Below the pieces are notes generated by a model. That model searched no databases. It was not told where the DNA came from and was given only the letters and a program-made list of their open reading frames with translations. A DNA stretch of 64,000 nt from Rhynchobatus australiae. Taxonomy: Eukaryota. The translations under genes and the position numbers were made by a program. Of this stretch, positions 26,805 through 38,713 are shown piece after piece. The stretch lies in assembly GCA_034780895.1 (NCBI GenBank), contig JAUZTB010000017.1, positions 18,691,968 through 18,755,967 on the forward strand. Reading direction: 5' to 3'. Each line of letters opens with the position of its first letter. The first letter of the stretch is position 1.

Positions 26805-28670
26805 AAAAACAAAAAATGCTGGAAACACTCAGTGGGTCAGGTGGCATCTGTTGAACGAGAAACAGAACTAACGCTTCAGGCTGAAGACGCTTCATCAGAA
26901 CTGGAACAGTGAGTAAACAAGTTAGTTTTAATCTGCAGAGAGTGTGTGTGGGGGAGGGAGCATCAAAAATACAGGGAAGAGTCATTGTTTCAGTCCTGCA
27001 TGGGGCAGCTTCCTCAAATGCTTTTCCAATGGATTGATGACAGTATTGGTACTGCTTTCTACATTCATATTAAACTCAAAAACTTCATTGCTTTTGTTGC
27101 CAGCTTTCACCCCACTTTCTCATGTCATCCATGCTGTCCTTCCCTTTCTGGATCCGTCTGTCTATGTCCATCTCAGTAGGTAGATTAGCAACAAACATTG
27201 ATATTAAGTCTACAGACCCCTGCAGCTATTTTAACTATACTTCTTCCTACCATGCCTCCTCTGAGAGGGCTCCTTTCCATTCTCCCAGTTGCTCCATCTC
27301 CGTCAAGTCTGCTCCAGTGATGAGGCTTTCCATACAGATGTTGCCCTTTTTCCTTAACCATGGCTTCCCCTCTACCATTGTTGATGGAGCCCTTATCCAA
27401 GTCCCTTCCATTTCCCACACCTCTGCTCTCACTCCCTCTCCTCCCAGCCACAGCTTGGTTAGGGTACCCAAAGTCATCACATCCACCCCTCCAGCCTCCA
27501 CATTCAATGCCACTAGATGTATTTTCCCTTTCCCTGCCCTTTCAGCATTCCAAAGGGATTGCTTCCCTTGCAACTCCCTAGTTTGTTCTCCCTTCTCTAT
27601 TAACCACTGTCCTTCTCATGGCAATATCCCATGCAACCACAATGCCCACTCTTTTGACTCATCCCTTTCCACCATTCAAGGACATAAACCATTCTTCCAG
27701 ACAAAGCAATAATTCACTTCTTCCAATCTAATGCATTGCATTTAGTTATCAAGATAAGCTCTCCTCTGCATCAGAGAAACCAAACACAGATGGGGTAACT
27801 GCTTCTTGGAGGTCTGCAGGGTAACCCTGAGCCTCCAGTTGCCTGTCATTTTGCTTCTCCATCCCACTCCAAGTAATTTGTCTACACTGTTCTAACGAGA
27901 CTCCCCCATATAAAGTTTGAAGAACAGCACCTCATTTCCCATCGGGGCACTTTGTTGCTTATGGGTCATAATATCAAATTCAACAATTTTAAGTAACTCA
28001 CTTTCTCTGTTTGTATCAAAAATGGCTCTCTCCACTGACAATGCTTGATCTGCTGGACATTTCAAACATTCTTCTTTTGGATTCAGTTCTCTGCATTTCA
28101 CAACTTCGACATGAACCTTTGTTTGTTTTCTTTCTCTCTAACTACCCTCATTAATATGTTAACCAGATGGTTTTGTAAACGGGCTATAACGCAAGGGAAT
28201 CCTACTTCCATCCTTTCAGAAATATTCCTTTTGCCCTACACAGGCAATCCCTGTGTTATGGCCGTTCGGGTAACGGAAATGCACACTTACAGAAGTTGAC
28301 AGCAGTTTAATAGGTGAGATCTTGAGTATGAAACTATGTTGTAGAATTCACAAATCACTACCCAAAAATTTGAGATGCAGAATAAAATTCACTCTCGTGG
28401 AATTTATGTGGGAATAAATAAATACAAAATTCATCTTTTTTGCAACTTGTGTTTCTTCACAGATTTGCAGATGATGCGACTTCTTGTTACAGAAAATCGT
28501 GATTATAGGCTGTTTTCTTGAAATGCAAACCCCATAATGTGGGGCTTCTTGCATATCCTTCCTTCACCCACCATTTAACACCAACTTGTTTTCTCATTTT
28601 TTCAGTTCTACTGAAGGAGCTTCAATGTTTCTGTTTTTCTTTTCATAGATGCTGCCTGACCTGCTGAGCA
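26805..28670 (+). mobile_element. Penelope-like retroelement remnant (RT C-terminus plus GIY-YIG) with inverted terminal arms
   Basis: Degenerate LPFLD, SISVGRLATNIDIKSTDPCSYFNYTSS, SSNLMHCI...LCIRETKHRWGNCFLE (GIY-YIG-like) and EEQHLI. Arm 26805-26935 is mirrored in inverted form at about 28575-28670. Confidence 0.85.
28237..28555. mobile_element. Tigger/pogo-like MITE remnant
   Basis: Degenerate terminal inverted repeats tacacaggcaatccctgtgttat ... ataatgtggggcttcttgcata, with TA ends. Confidence 0.5.
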
Positions 28671-30797
28671 GAGGCTGTGGGTCCTACTTCCATTTCTGAA
28701 ATCCAGCTCTATTGGCTTTACTGAAAAGATTCTGAATTTCACCGTCGATCACTTTTGGGAGCAAGGTGTCAAGTGGAAATAGTTATTATAGAAATTGGAA
28801 AAATCCTCTTCAGACTTCCTAGCATTTAAATGGGGCCCTTTCCCCCAGGATAGATACAAGCCTGGGAAATTAGGGCAGGGAGAATTTGCAGTGTTCTGAC
28901 AAAACTGAAATATGGAATCTAATTAAAAATGTATATTGTGAGTATGAATACATTTAAGATTGAACAGGTCTACTACAAAGGCACAGTTTTTACAAATCTT
29001 TCTGTTTAAGAACTGCGACCCTAAACAGTGTACATTTCTGAAGTCGCTCTCAGGAATGTACCAATGTGCTACACCATGCAGTCACAAGACAAGGGTATAA
29101 ACTCGCAGTTCTCCTCATGGTGAACTTGTGATTTTGAATGTTTTAATTTGGGCAGCTGCCAAGTGGAGGCCAGGCGTTTCCCCAAAGAAAGAGTGAAGGA
29201 GAAAATTCAATCTATAGGACTGGTAGTTTCATTTCAACTACAGCCCTCATAGTTTTTAAACCATCTTTTAATTTGATGCAGGAACATTTCTCAAGAACAA
29301 CCTTTTCCTTTAATCAATAGATACTGGGGCTGGACTAGCATGGATTTGAGCTCCCAGTTTTTAATATTTCACAATTAACCACAATTATATAACAAACAAA
29401 ATGTAGAATGAAAAGCAGGGTATTTTAGCAAGTGAAAGATTCCCTCAATTACTTAATGTTGAAAGGTATTCAATGTTTGCAAAACTTATCTTTCCCTGTG
29501 AATCACAAAACAAATCCTCTATTCTAGACTAACAATATTTCACGCTCCTCCCCTATCTTGCATTCTTCTTTACATAATCAAATGGCCATGACTGCTTTCT
29601 TGACCAGTTGTCTCCCACACCAGGCTGTCACTAAAAATGCTCCTGTTACGAGCAAGAAGAAAATAATACAAGACTCATTAATTAGTGATGAGAACCTAAC
29701 AGTTCTCTCTACATTCTCAGATTACCTCCAAGCGAAAACACTGACTGCAATTTCCCTCAACTGTCGNNNNNNNNNNNNNNNNNNNNNNNNNNNNNNNNNN
29801 NNNNNNNNNNNNNNNNNNNNNNNNNNNNNNNNNNNNNNNNNNNNNNNNNNNNNNNNNNNNNNNNNNTGTCGACAGACCCCGGACATAAGCTTTCATTCAA
29901 TTAATTTATCAATCAGTTAAGAAAATCTCATGTAGTCAATGTATGGCATTCTGTGTCTTTGGCAACAATCAGAATGAGATGCTGCTTTGAAATTGCTGAT
30001 TGTAATGAGCTACAAAACCCACCAAGGTTTATGAAATAAATGTCAGACTAGCGACAGAAGTCCTGATGTTCTTTCACAATCTTTAAAGAGATGTTACTGT
30101 AATTTAGAGAACTTTACCAGCTTAAATAGTAAATCTTAACATACTTTGAAAAAAATTAATGCAGCAATCAAATTCATTGACTTCATAATAACGCAGTGCA
30201 TGTCACCATCAAACATGTTTTGAGGAAGCCTTTTTAAATCACCAGTAGCTGGCAGTGACTTTGTGGAACCACTACAAGGACTCAAGATCACTACCAAAAT
30301 AATTAGCATTTTATTTGGATAACAGTACATAAGAAAACTACAAAAAATTACAAACTCACTGCCTGGTGAAGGTATTGAAGGAAAAATGCCATCTCCTTTT
30401 ACATGTATGTAAATTTTTGTGTTTCTTACCTATGGGGAAATTAGGAACTAAATAGAGGCTTACAAAAAAGAAGCAAAGCTTGAATATAAAAAAAACTTTG
30501 TAACACATGGGGCTTTCAAAGACAGAAATATCAGAAAGTATACATTTATCAGCTACAAAAGCCAAAGTCGAAAAGTTGGTCACTCCAGTAAACTTTTGTA
30601 AATAACTTCAGTTGTCCTATTGTGAAGTGTGCAAGTTACCAAATTTCAATAATTTATTTGGCAGATTAAACAAATAAAAAAACAAAGAAAGATTAGAAGC
30701 ATTTGAATATTCAATTAGATATTCAATTAGACTTGTATTTTATTTTGATATAATCACAGCAACCATTCAGCTTTGAAACCATTGAATTTTAATTTAC

Positions 30798-30957
30798 CTT
30801 CTGTTTCTGATGCACCATCAGCAGGTTTAAACTGTGGCCGTGCTAGAACGATTGCTGCCATGGTTAACATGGCCCAGCAGACTAAGCAACAACTAGGCAT
30901 CCTGTTAGTGAAGATAGCTAAACTGGTGCTGGAACTCCATCTTGACTCTAATCCCAT
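30798..30957 (-). CDS. FGFR2: FGFR2 first coding exon (signal peptide); canonical ATG at 30900, in-frame upstream ATG at 30957
   Basis: MGLESRWSSSTSLAIFTNR-MPSCCLVCWAMLTMAAIVLARPQFKPADGASETE resembles FGFR2 ...VTMATLSLARPSF. Donor G|gtaaat is phase 1, giving ETE-EPP (human EPE-EPP). Confidence 0.9.
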
Positions 30958-31027
30958 CTGAATTCTTTTATATAGGCATGAAAGACAAGTGTCCTCTTCT
31001 TAACCGTGTAACTCCTCACTTGAAAGG
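30958..31027 (-). other. FGFR2: 5'UTR portion of the FGFR2 signal-peptide exon
   Basis: Acceptor ttcttatttttgcag (AG = 31028-31029) lies 70 nt upstream of the first in-frame ATG. Confidence 0.7.
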
Positions 31028-33544
31028 CTGCAAAAATAAGAATTAGCTTGTCAGTCGGACGTTTTTGGAAGCCTACTTCAATACACAGGGTGGTACTCAC
31101 AGCTTCAAATATGATAATTGTTATTTTTACAACTATGACAGGAACTCCTCATTACAGCATAAATAAACCTATTTCAGTTAATTCTGTGAAAAGTTGCAAA
31201 AGAAACTTAAAATCTTAAAAACCATATTTTTTTACCAAAAAATTGGGGAATTATTCTACTAAAGCTTTTAGTTTCTAATATTTCCACAGTATCACGTTTG
31301 GAAAGCATGAACTCACACATCATGGACTCAGTGAAATGCATCACAAAAGACTAAAAAGTACAAAGATTTCATATTCTGTGATTCTTCCTGTCCTTTCTTC
31401 ATTTAGTTTCCCCTTTTGTGTTCTTTCTGCAATGGAGGTTTAAAAGAATCCTACTGGAAAATAAGCTTAAAATTGCTTCACTAAACAAAGTTTTGTCAGA
31501 ATTATACAGTTAAAATGACTGCATGCATCCGTTAAGTATTTTTTCCCAGTTGGTATTGCAAATGAGGATGCAAATAATAAGCAGGGCTATTCTCTGTACA
31601 AGCAAAGCATGGAGACTGGACCAGAAAACAAAAGCTGCATAACCTGAGTAATACATATAATGACCCAAGTCAACATAGAGCACAAAATATAAAGTTGTGC
31701 ATAACAGAAAAATCAACTGAGGGAAATAAAACCACTGCTCAAGAATAAATGCTTGTGAAAGGGATATTTACCTCTAATCTCTACAGATGAAAAAAAACTA
31801 CCTAAACCCAATTTAGCACCTTCCCTGACCAAATATTAACCATGTTTGATTACAGAACCTGAATGAAACACAATTCCAAGACTGGTTATTCCTTACTGAC
31901 CTGACAGTATCAATTTACAGCAGTGAAAAATTAAATTAGCTCATACCACACTTTTCTGCTCATGAAAGTTCTGTTGCTGATCAAGATTGAGTTACATTTA
32001 GCTTTAAAGCAATGCCTTTCACTCCAGGGGTTTCTAACATCTCTAAACACATCTTGCTTATGTGATGACTACACATAACAGGTGATCTGCATTTCAAAAT
32101 AGCTAAAATGTACTAAAAAAGCATCTGACCATGGTACTCTTGATATTTCACAATTTCAGATGGAACATGTACCAATAATAAATTATACTTTCAACAAGAG
32201 AAAACAATTCAAACAATCTCACTCAATATCAGAAACTTCGTATTTACAATACAATTTAACTTAAAAAAATATTCTGCTATTTATGGTTATGAAGCAATTG
32301 GGTGTTTTTTAATGTTTTGTTTTACATATCCTTCTTCATTTTCCATTTAATGTACTTTCAGTAAAAAAAATGTACTGTTTGGTTATAACATACCTTCAGA
32401 TAATTAAACCTAGTAAAGGACATGATCTGAGTATGATAAAAGACAGGAATTTCTGCCCAGCACTATTTGCTATACAGAATGCATCTTAGGTGGTTAGTAA
32501 ATGATCCTGGAGTTCTTTTCATACTGATCAAACTTTTCATTTAGCTGTTCTAGAGCTTGGATTACAACTAGTTACAATTCACACTTTCATCATTTTAAAA
32601 CTAACATTTTCTATTTATTCTGCTAATTACTTACATTCAATACATTGCTCTTCCATTGAAGCAAGAGACATAAAAGATTGTGTTGATAAGAATAGATTAC
32701 AACTCCATATCACAATTGAATAAATATTTCAAAAAATATTAATTTTCTCAAGAAACATTCAAATTTATAGAATACTTAAAAATTGCTACATATTGTGTGG
32801 TACAGTTTTTAAAGAAACACATTTAGGAAAAATGCTCTATTGGTCTTAAGTACCTCAACCTGAACACAACTTTTCTCAGTCTGTTCACATATTAGCCCCT
32901 TGGAGTAATACAGAAATGCACAGCAATCCTTTACAGAGTTCCTGATACAGTGAAAGCTGGTCTTTTTTGAAAGGGAACTTTGTCTCCCTCCACAGACTAC
33001 ATTGGGGAGGAGCTGTCAAGTTAATTTGATTGATGGCCTCAATGCCACCCGCTCTCCAAGCCATTTTCACCTCATCACATACCTGCCCAAATTATTCTAA
33101 ACATGGGAAAGGCGGCGAGGTTGAGAGAAGTACTGCATTCCTTCAAGCTAAAAAATCCTCCATGGACAGTTTGCAAGTGAGCNNNNNNNNNNNNNNNNNN
33201 NNNNNNNNNNNNNNNNNNNNNNNNNNNNNNNNNNNNNNNNNNNNNNNNNNNNNNNNNNNNNNNNNNNNNNNNNNNNNNNNNNCTCCATGTACAGTTTGCA
33301 AGTGAGCACTTGCTTTGCAGTGACTAATGAAATTTAACTTCAAAATGATTATCAAACAGAGACATTATTATTTTTCAGCCATGGTTAATTTTTCTTTTCT
33401 ATCCCTTAAGAATACCACAATGTTACATTCAAACAAAGCATGAAATAAGAAGATACCACATTTCTGATTTCAAAGATTACATTTTCTTTCATTTTTTTGG
33501 CATACAATAATCGTTTGCAATCCAACACTACTTGGTAGAATTAC

Positions 33545-33990
33545 CTGAACTATCAGAGTAAGAATATGACCCACGTACCCCACAGCAGGCGTGTGCACAG
33601 GATGAATTAACGCAAGGAATGTGGGCTCCCTCGGGTAGTCTTCTAGAAACAGTTGTCCCTGGACTACTTGGATCCAACTGCCACGGGTCTCCGAGGAAAA
33701 ATCAACTACTTGGATCAATGAAAACATGACCCAAACACACATATCCAACATGCGGCTCTCGCAGAATGAACAGGAGTGTCCATCTCTCTAAATAACTTTC
33801 TCTTGTTTAGAGAAAAGGAAAACTAAATTACAAGAGATTACAATTCTCTTGACAGTATTACTGTAAGAAAGCAAAGATGGCAGCAAAACAGAATAAAAGC
33901 AGATTCTGCAGCCCTGGCTTTGGATACACTTCATTCACAAGCTCGTTGCAATCTCAAAAGCCTTGTGGTGTCTGTAAATCTTTTCTCCCT
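33545..33990 (-). other. FGFR2: Candidate non-coding exon 1 of FGFR2 (5' boundary uncertain)
   Basis: Donor CAG|gtaatt at 33545/33544. About 8 CpGs in 33570-33770 against a CpG-poor background, repeat-free, about 2.5 kb upstream of the ATG exon. Vertebrate FGFR2 has a non-coding first exon. Confidence 0.5.
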
Positions 33991-34200
33991 CTCTCTCCCC
34001 TCTTTGGTCACTCCCCTCTGTTTGTAATCTGAACCCGTTCCTGAACTGAGCTTCAGCATCAAACAAGCAGAGCAAACTGCCTCTGCCAATCAAATCAGTT
34101 TTCAGTAATGTTTAACTCTGTGGGCCAGGCTGTAACTCCTCTACTTCACAGCATGTAGAACTTGGCACACGGTTTGCTGGCATGCCCCTCAACTCAGTTT
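33960..34200 (-). promoter_or_regulatory. Candidate FGFR2 proximal promoter
   Basis: GA-rich tract on the minus strand (33980-34020) and a CCAAT element near 34086, immediately upstream of the candidate exon 1. Positional inference only. Confidence 0.35.
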
Positions 34201-35647
34201 AGTCCCAACACATGAACAAATATTTGAAAGACTAGTAGCTGCTACATTCATATAGCAAAAATGAACGTAGAAACAGGAAGCCACAAAACAATGAGGCATT
34301 CATTAACATCTATCTATTAGTACAGAATGCACTATTTTGGTTGCACAATGACAAGGCAGACAGCATTTTTTCCTTTAACAACAATTCAGGGAGTTTACTC
34401 CTTCAGTCTGAAGGACAACAATCAATCAGCAGCAGCTCGTTTAGATAAATGGCCTTCCAATGAAGTAAAGCTTGGCAAATTCTTAAAAGGAACAGTAATT
34501 GCACAGAGTGGAAACTAAAACAAAAGGGATGTTCATAATAAAAAACACAAATACTGAACAGAGTAAACAATTTCATCACGATGAGAAAAAAGGCTGATCG
34601 CAGCAAGCTTGGGGAATCTTTCACACTAATTACGTTCTTGAATGGAACCATAATCTATTCACTGATTTTGAAAAGTGATTGGCTGCTTTGAAACTCCTTC
34701 AGGGTCCTATTGAATGTGAATGGTATAGCTAATAAGCCCATTATTGAGCCCCCCAGTGGAGTGTGAATGGACAAATAGACACTAGTCAGCAGATTAGGGA
34801 CCAAGTGCAGTAAAGCCATCAGAGGCTCAAGGTGACAGTTCAGCCTGCAAAGAGAACAATGGCCAAGTCTTATCCAAGAGCAGGGACTGACAAGGACCCC
34901 ATTCAACATATCTTCACCTCCCTATAGGAGATCCATTTTATTTTGTCTTTCTCTGACAAAATATCTCAAGTAGCCTAAACTCCTGAAAGACCCCTGAGAC
35001 TTCCTTTCAAAAAAAGATGCCGTTATAAATTTCATACTGAAACGTCAATAGGCAGTCAGGACATCAATGGGAAGCAGTAAGTTGAACAATGCTCTATGAC
35101 AATAAAGTGCAGAGATATTCTGGAAGTGCAGGCTATTGATTTACCATTTAATTGGGATGCCGATGCATTTGTCTTACTATTGGGAAAGCAAAAAATACTG
35201 TNNNNNNNNNNNNNNNNNNNNNNNNNNNNNNNNNNNNNNNNNNNNNNNNNNNNNNNNNNNNNNNNNNNNNNNNNNNNNNNNNNNNNNNNNNNNNNNNNNN
35301 NGCAAAAAATACTGTTTCTGTACAAAAATATTGCTACATTAATTATGCTGAATGTTTTACTTTCCAACATTTATTTTAATGGGACAAAAGTACTGAATTC
35401 ATTTTTCATCTCTGAAAAGGTTTACTTTTAAAGATGCCTTTTATCAATATTCTAGTACATGATGCTCATGTGGAACAAGCAGCAGAAACAATATAATTTG
35501 AACAATATAATTTTCTCATCACTTCTGTGGAAAACAAATAATCATTTTGGAGGATTCAGAAAAGGGCAGTGTTCCTCTTCCATGATTTTTTCTCAATGTG
35601 TCACTCTTTAGTGTGAGCATAGACATAAAGAACAAACAGACTGCTCA

Positions 35648-35855
35648 GACACAAGAAGTTCTGCGGATACTGGAATCTGGAGCAACACACACAAAATGTA
35701 CTGGAGGAAATCAGCTGTTCAGGCAGCATCTATGGAGAGAAATAAGCAGGGTGATTCCTGATGAAGGGTGTCGACCCAAAACGTTGACTGTTTATTTCTC
35801 TCCATAGATACTGCCTGACCTGCTGAGTTCCTCCGGCACTTTTTCTGTGTGTTGG
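35648..35855. mobile_element. Penelope-derived fold-back element with central hammerhead-like motif
   Basis: Inverted arms 35683-35748 and about 35787-35854. Centre reads CTGATGA-AGGG-TGTCGA-CCC-AAAA-CGTT-GACT (35758-35789). Flanked by AACAGACTGCTCA / AACAGACTACGCA. Confidence 0.8.
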
Positions 35856-37074
35856 AACAGACTACGCAACTAGAGGCATCACAGTTCAAACTGATTCTAT
35901 GGTCATTAAACACACATGCTCATTTCCTGGCAGAACATCATGGGCAGAAGGGCCTGTTCCTGTGCTGTAATTATCTATGTTCTAAGTCATCGAATAACTC
36001 AGGAACATGGATACTGACTTGTTACTTTAACTTCCATAGCTCAGAAATCTGAAGCCAATTGGTACAGCCTACACCATCTGGAGAAGGTTAATTACCTCAA
36101 TCCAATCAGCAATCAAATCTGAGGCCATTCGAAATCATTTTAGAATGAAACTGTTAAAATATTGAAAGCACTTAGAGCAGAAGCAAACATTTCAAAACCA
36201 AAATCTTGCATTTCTAATGTAATATCACAAAACAAAGGTTTAATTTCAAATAAATCAAAACATCAGGTTTTAGAGTGTTTTTGTGCAACAAAGTAATGAT
36301 GTAGAATGTTACATTACTCTGAGCAGGTCTAATTTAACTATATTTTATTATGCTGTGAAGAACGAAGCTAATTTTTCCCCGAGCTTCAAGCTTACAGTGG
36401 CAGAATCTGCCACTACATTATCCAAACAGTCAAGATACTTTAAACCCATTCAGGCAATGGTGCCAGAATGTCTGAGCCAGAGCCTATTCCCACAAAAAAT
36501 ATAGTGCTTTTTAATCTGCAATTAATTATATCAAAAAGTATATTTTGACAGTATGGGAGTGAGAGGAGAAACAAAAAAAAGGAGTAGCTTTCAAAATGTA
36601 AAGTATTTTAAACATTGCTAGCTTGTACTGAGCACTGTGTGGTTTTGGAGCTATTACAAAGGGAGCCTGTGGTCTCTAGATCATTTGGAGCTCTTCTAGT
36701 CCGAGACCAATTAACCGCCAAATATTCCTGAAACAATTGCAAAAGGTACTGAAATGCAGAGCAACTCTTGACATGAACTCTGCACTGACAGACTTTATAA
36801 CAAAATCGAGCAAATTACAGGTTACAAGTTAAAGGTTTATATGATAGCACATTCCAACCTAAGATGATAAATGTGGTACTTTTAATAAAAGCACCACATA
36901 AAATTTATTATATGTCATTTATCCGAGAGGCTGATGCCATGTAAACATCAGTTTTGTAACAGGCACAATTTCACCCTGAAAGAATTGGTGGCCTGACCTC
37001 CAGGTAAAAGCAATTTTTAAATGCTTAATAGCTTTAAAAATCCAGTTTTAAACTAATCAATCCAGTTGGGCAAT

Positions 37075-37118
37075 GTGTGTGTGCGCACGTGTGTGCAGAC
37101 ACACACACACACACACGC
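37075..37118. repeat. (TG)n/(CA)n microsatellite
   Basis: tgtgtgtgtgcgcacgtgtgtgcagacacacacacacacacacgc. Confidence 0.9.
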
Positions 37119-38713
37119 AAAACTGGTAAACAAGTGTGAAATGATTGGCAGACACATTTATTTATGCTGGGCCATCACTTGAAAAAATGTCATTATAAAG
37201 GTATAGCAAACCAGGGCTGCCAAACGCCCAGTATAAGAGATAATAGAAAACGGACAGCCCCGAACTAAATCAGTTCACAGCAAGCCTTTTATTCTGCATT
37301 TCAACATATTTTAATATGGCATAATGCAGGACAAGTTTGATTATTCCTTTACATTCAGGGAAACATTAAGATCAAAGGTTGCAGAGTGCTGCAAAAGGAA
37401 ACAAAAAATACCTCAGTGAATGTAGGCGAGCCAAGCTAATTATTTAAAAATAATTGGAAGGATGGAGCAGGATGCTAAGAAAATACACCTACGTTTTTGA
37501 AATATATTACTGACAACATTGTCATTCAAATCAACAAATGATGTANNNNNNCCTGTTGCCATACCAAATTTCTGCCATTAGAGGCTGCTTATCCTTCGCG
37601 TAATTCAAACCCAAGTCAATTCACAGCTTGTGATAAGAGCAGAAAATTTGAACAGATCTGCTGAATTAGTCTTTGAACCAGTACCTGCTCAGCTCCTGAA
37701 TCACAAATCTCACACTAGTTTCCAAGCAGTGTCTCACTAGTTAGCTGTAAATGGCAAGAGTAATTTTCTGATTTCCCCTTGGCCACTGGCAATGCTTAGT
37801 GTATATCCACACATGGATATTATTATCAGAAAACAGTGTGTAATGCATGTTCCCGTATTTCTGAAGTGCTGTTCCTCTGAGCATGCCTTCCCATCAAAAC
37901 CACAAAGTTGGAGAATTATCCCTCTATTGAATACTTAGAAATGGTGGCAGTAAAAGATTATCAGATGGACAGAGGAAACAATTCATAAAAGCAGTAGGTG
38001 AAGTATTTTATAATTAAAATCACACAATTTACTGAAAAATCCTTTTAATCCATTAGATTTATTTTTGTTCAGAAAAACATACAAACTAGAAGTGACTACA
38101 ATGGAGATTTCCCAATATATATTGCTGCCACCTAACTGGTTGCTTAGTGATTGCTCTGCATGATTTCTCTCTCATTCTCAAACCTCATCCATCTTTTTGA
38201 CTGACAGCCCAGGTGGAAGGCAAATGAGTCTTTATTTTTGCTCCTGTGCACCTACAGAACAACATCATGTAAACCTGGAAAAACATCACTAAAACCACAA
38301 GTATGTTGATCCTATCTATCCCTGTGTATTAAAAACTAATAGGTGATGGATGTTTGGAGGAGGAGCTAGACTGGTTGGATATCTTCATATGTCGACATTA
38401 AAATGAGGATTACAACTCAAGATGTGTCTAATCTACCATTTATACAGATAGGAAGTTGCAAAATGCATGCAGCTAAGTTCTTCTCCACTTACTCTAAAAA
38501 AAGAACAACATGCATGAATGTTGTCCTCATTTTATGGCAGTATTATACATAGAATATGGCTCAATGGAACCAGGCTAATTAGCTCAATCAGTTCATACAA
38601 TAAACATACAAAAGTCCTCCAATTCCATTAAAATTCAATCTATGTTGTTTTATACAAAGAAAGTATAACAAAAAAAGGCCATTCTGCTCAATTAGTCCAT
38701 ACAGAAAATGGAG

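Noticed and set aside
27122-27712. 196-aa ORF as a host gene
   Set aside because: It is a mosaic of frames from a decayed Penelope ORF.
1-30957. Assignment to FGFR1, FGFR3 or FGFR4
   Set aside because: [37 protein letters not shown] and LARP best fit FGFR2.
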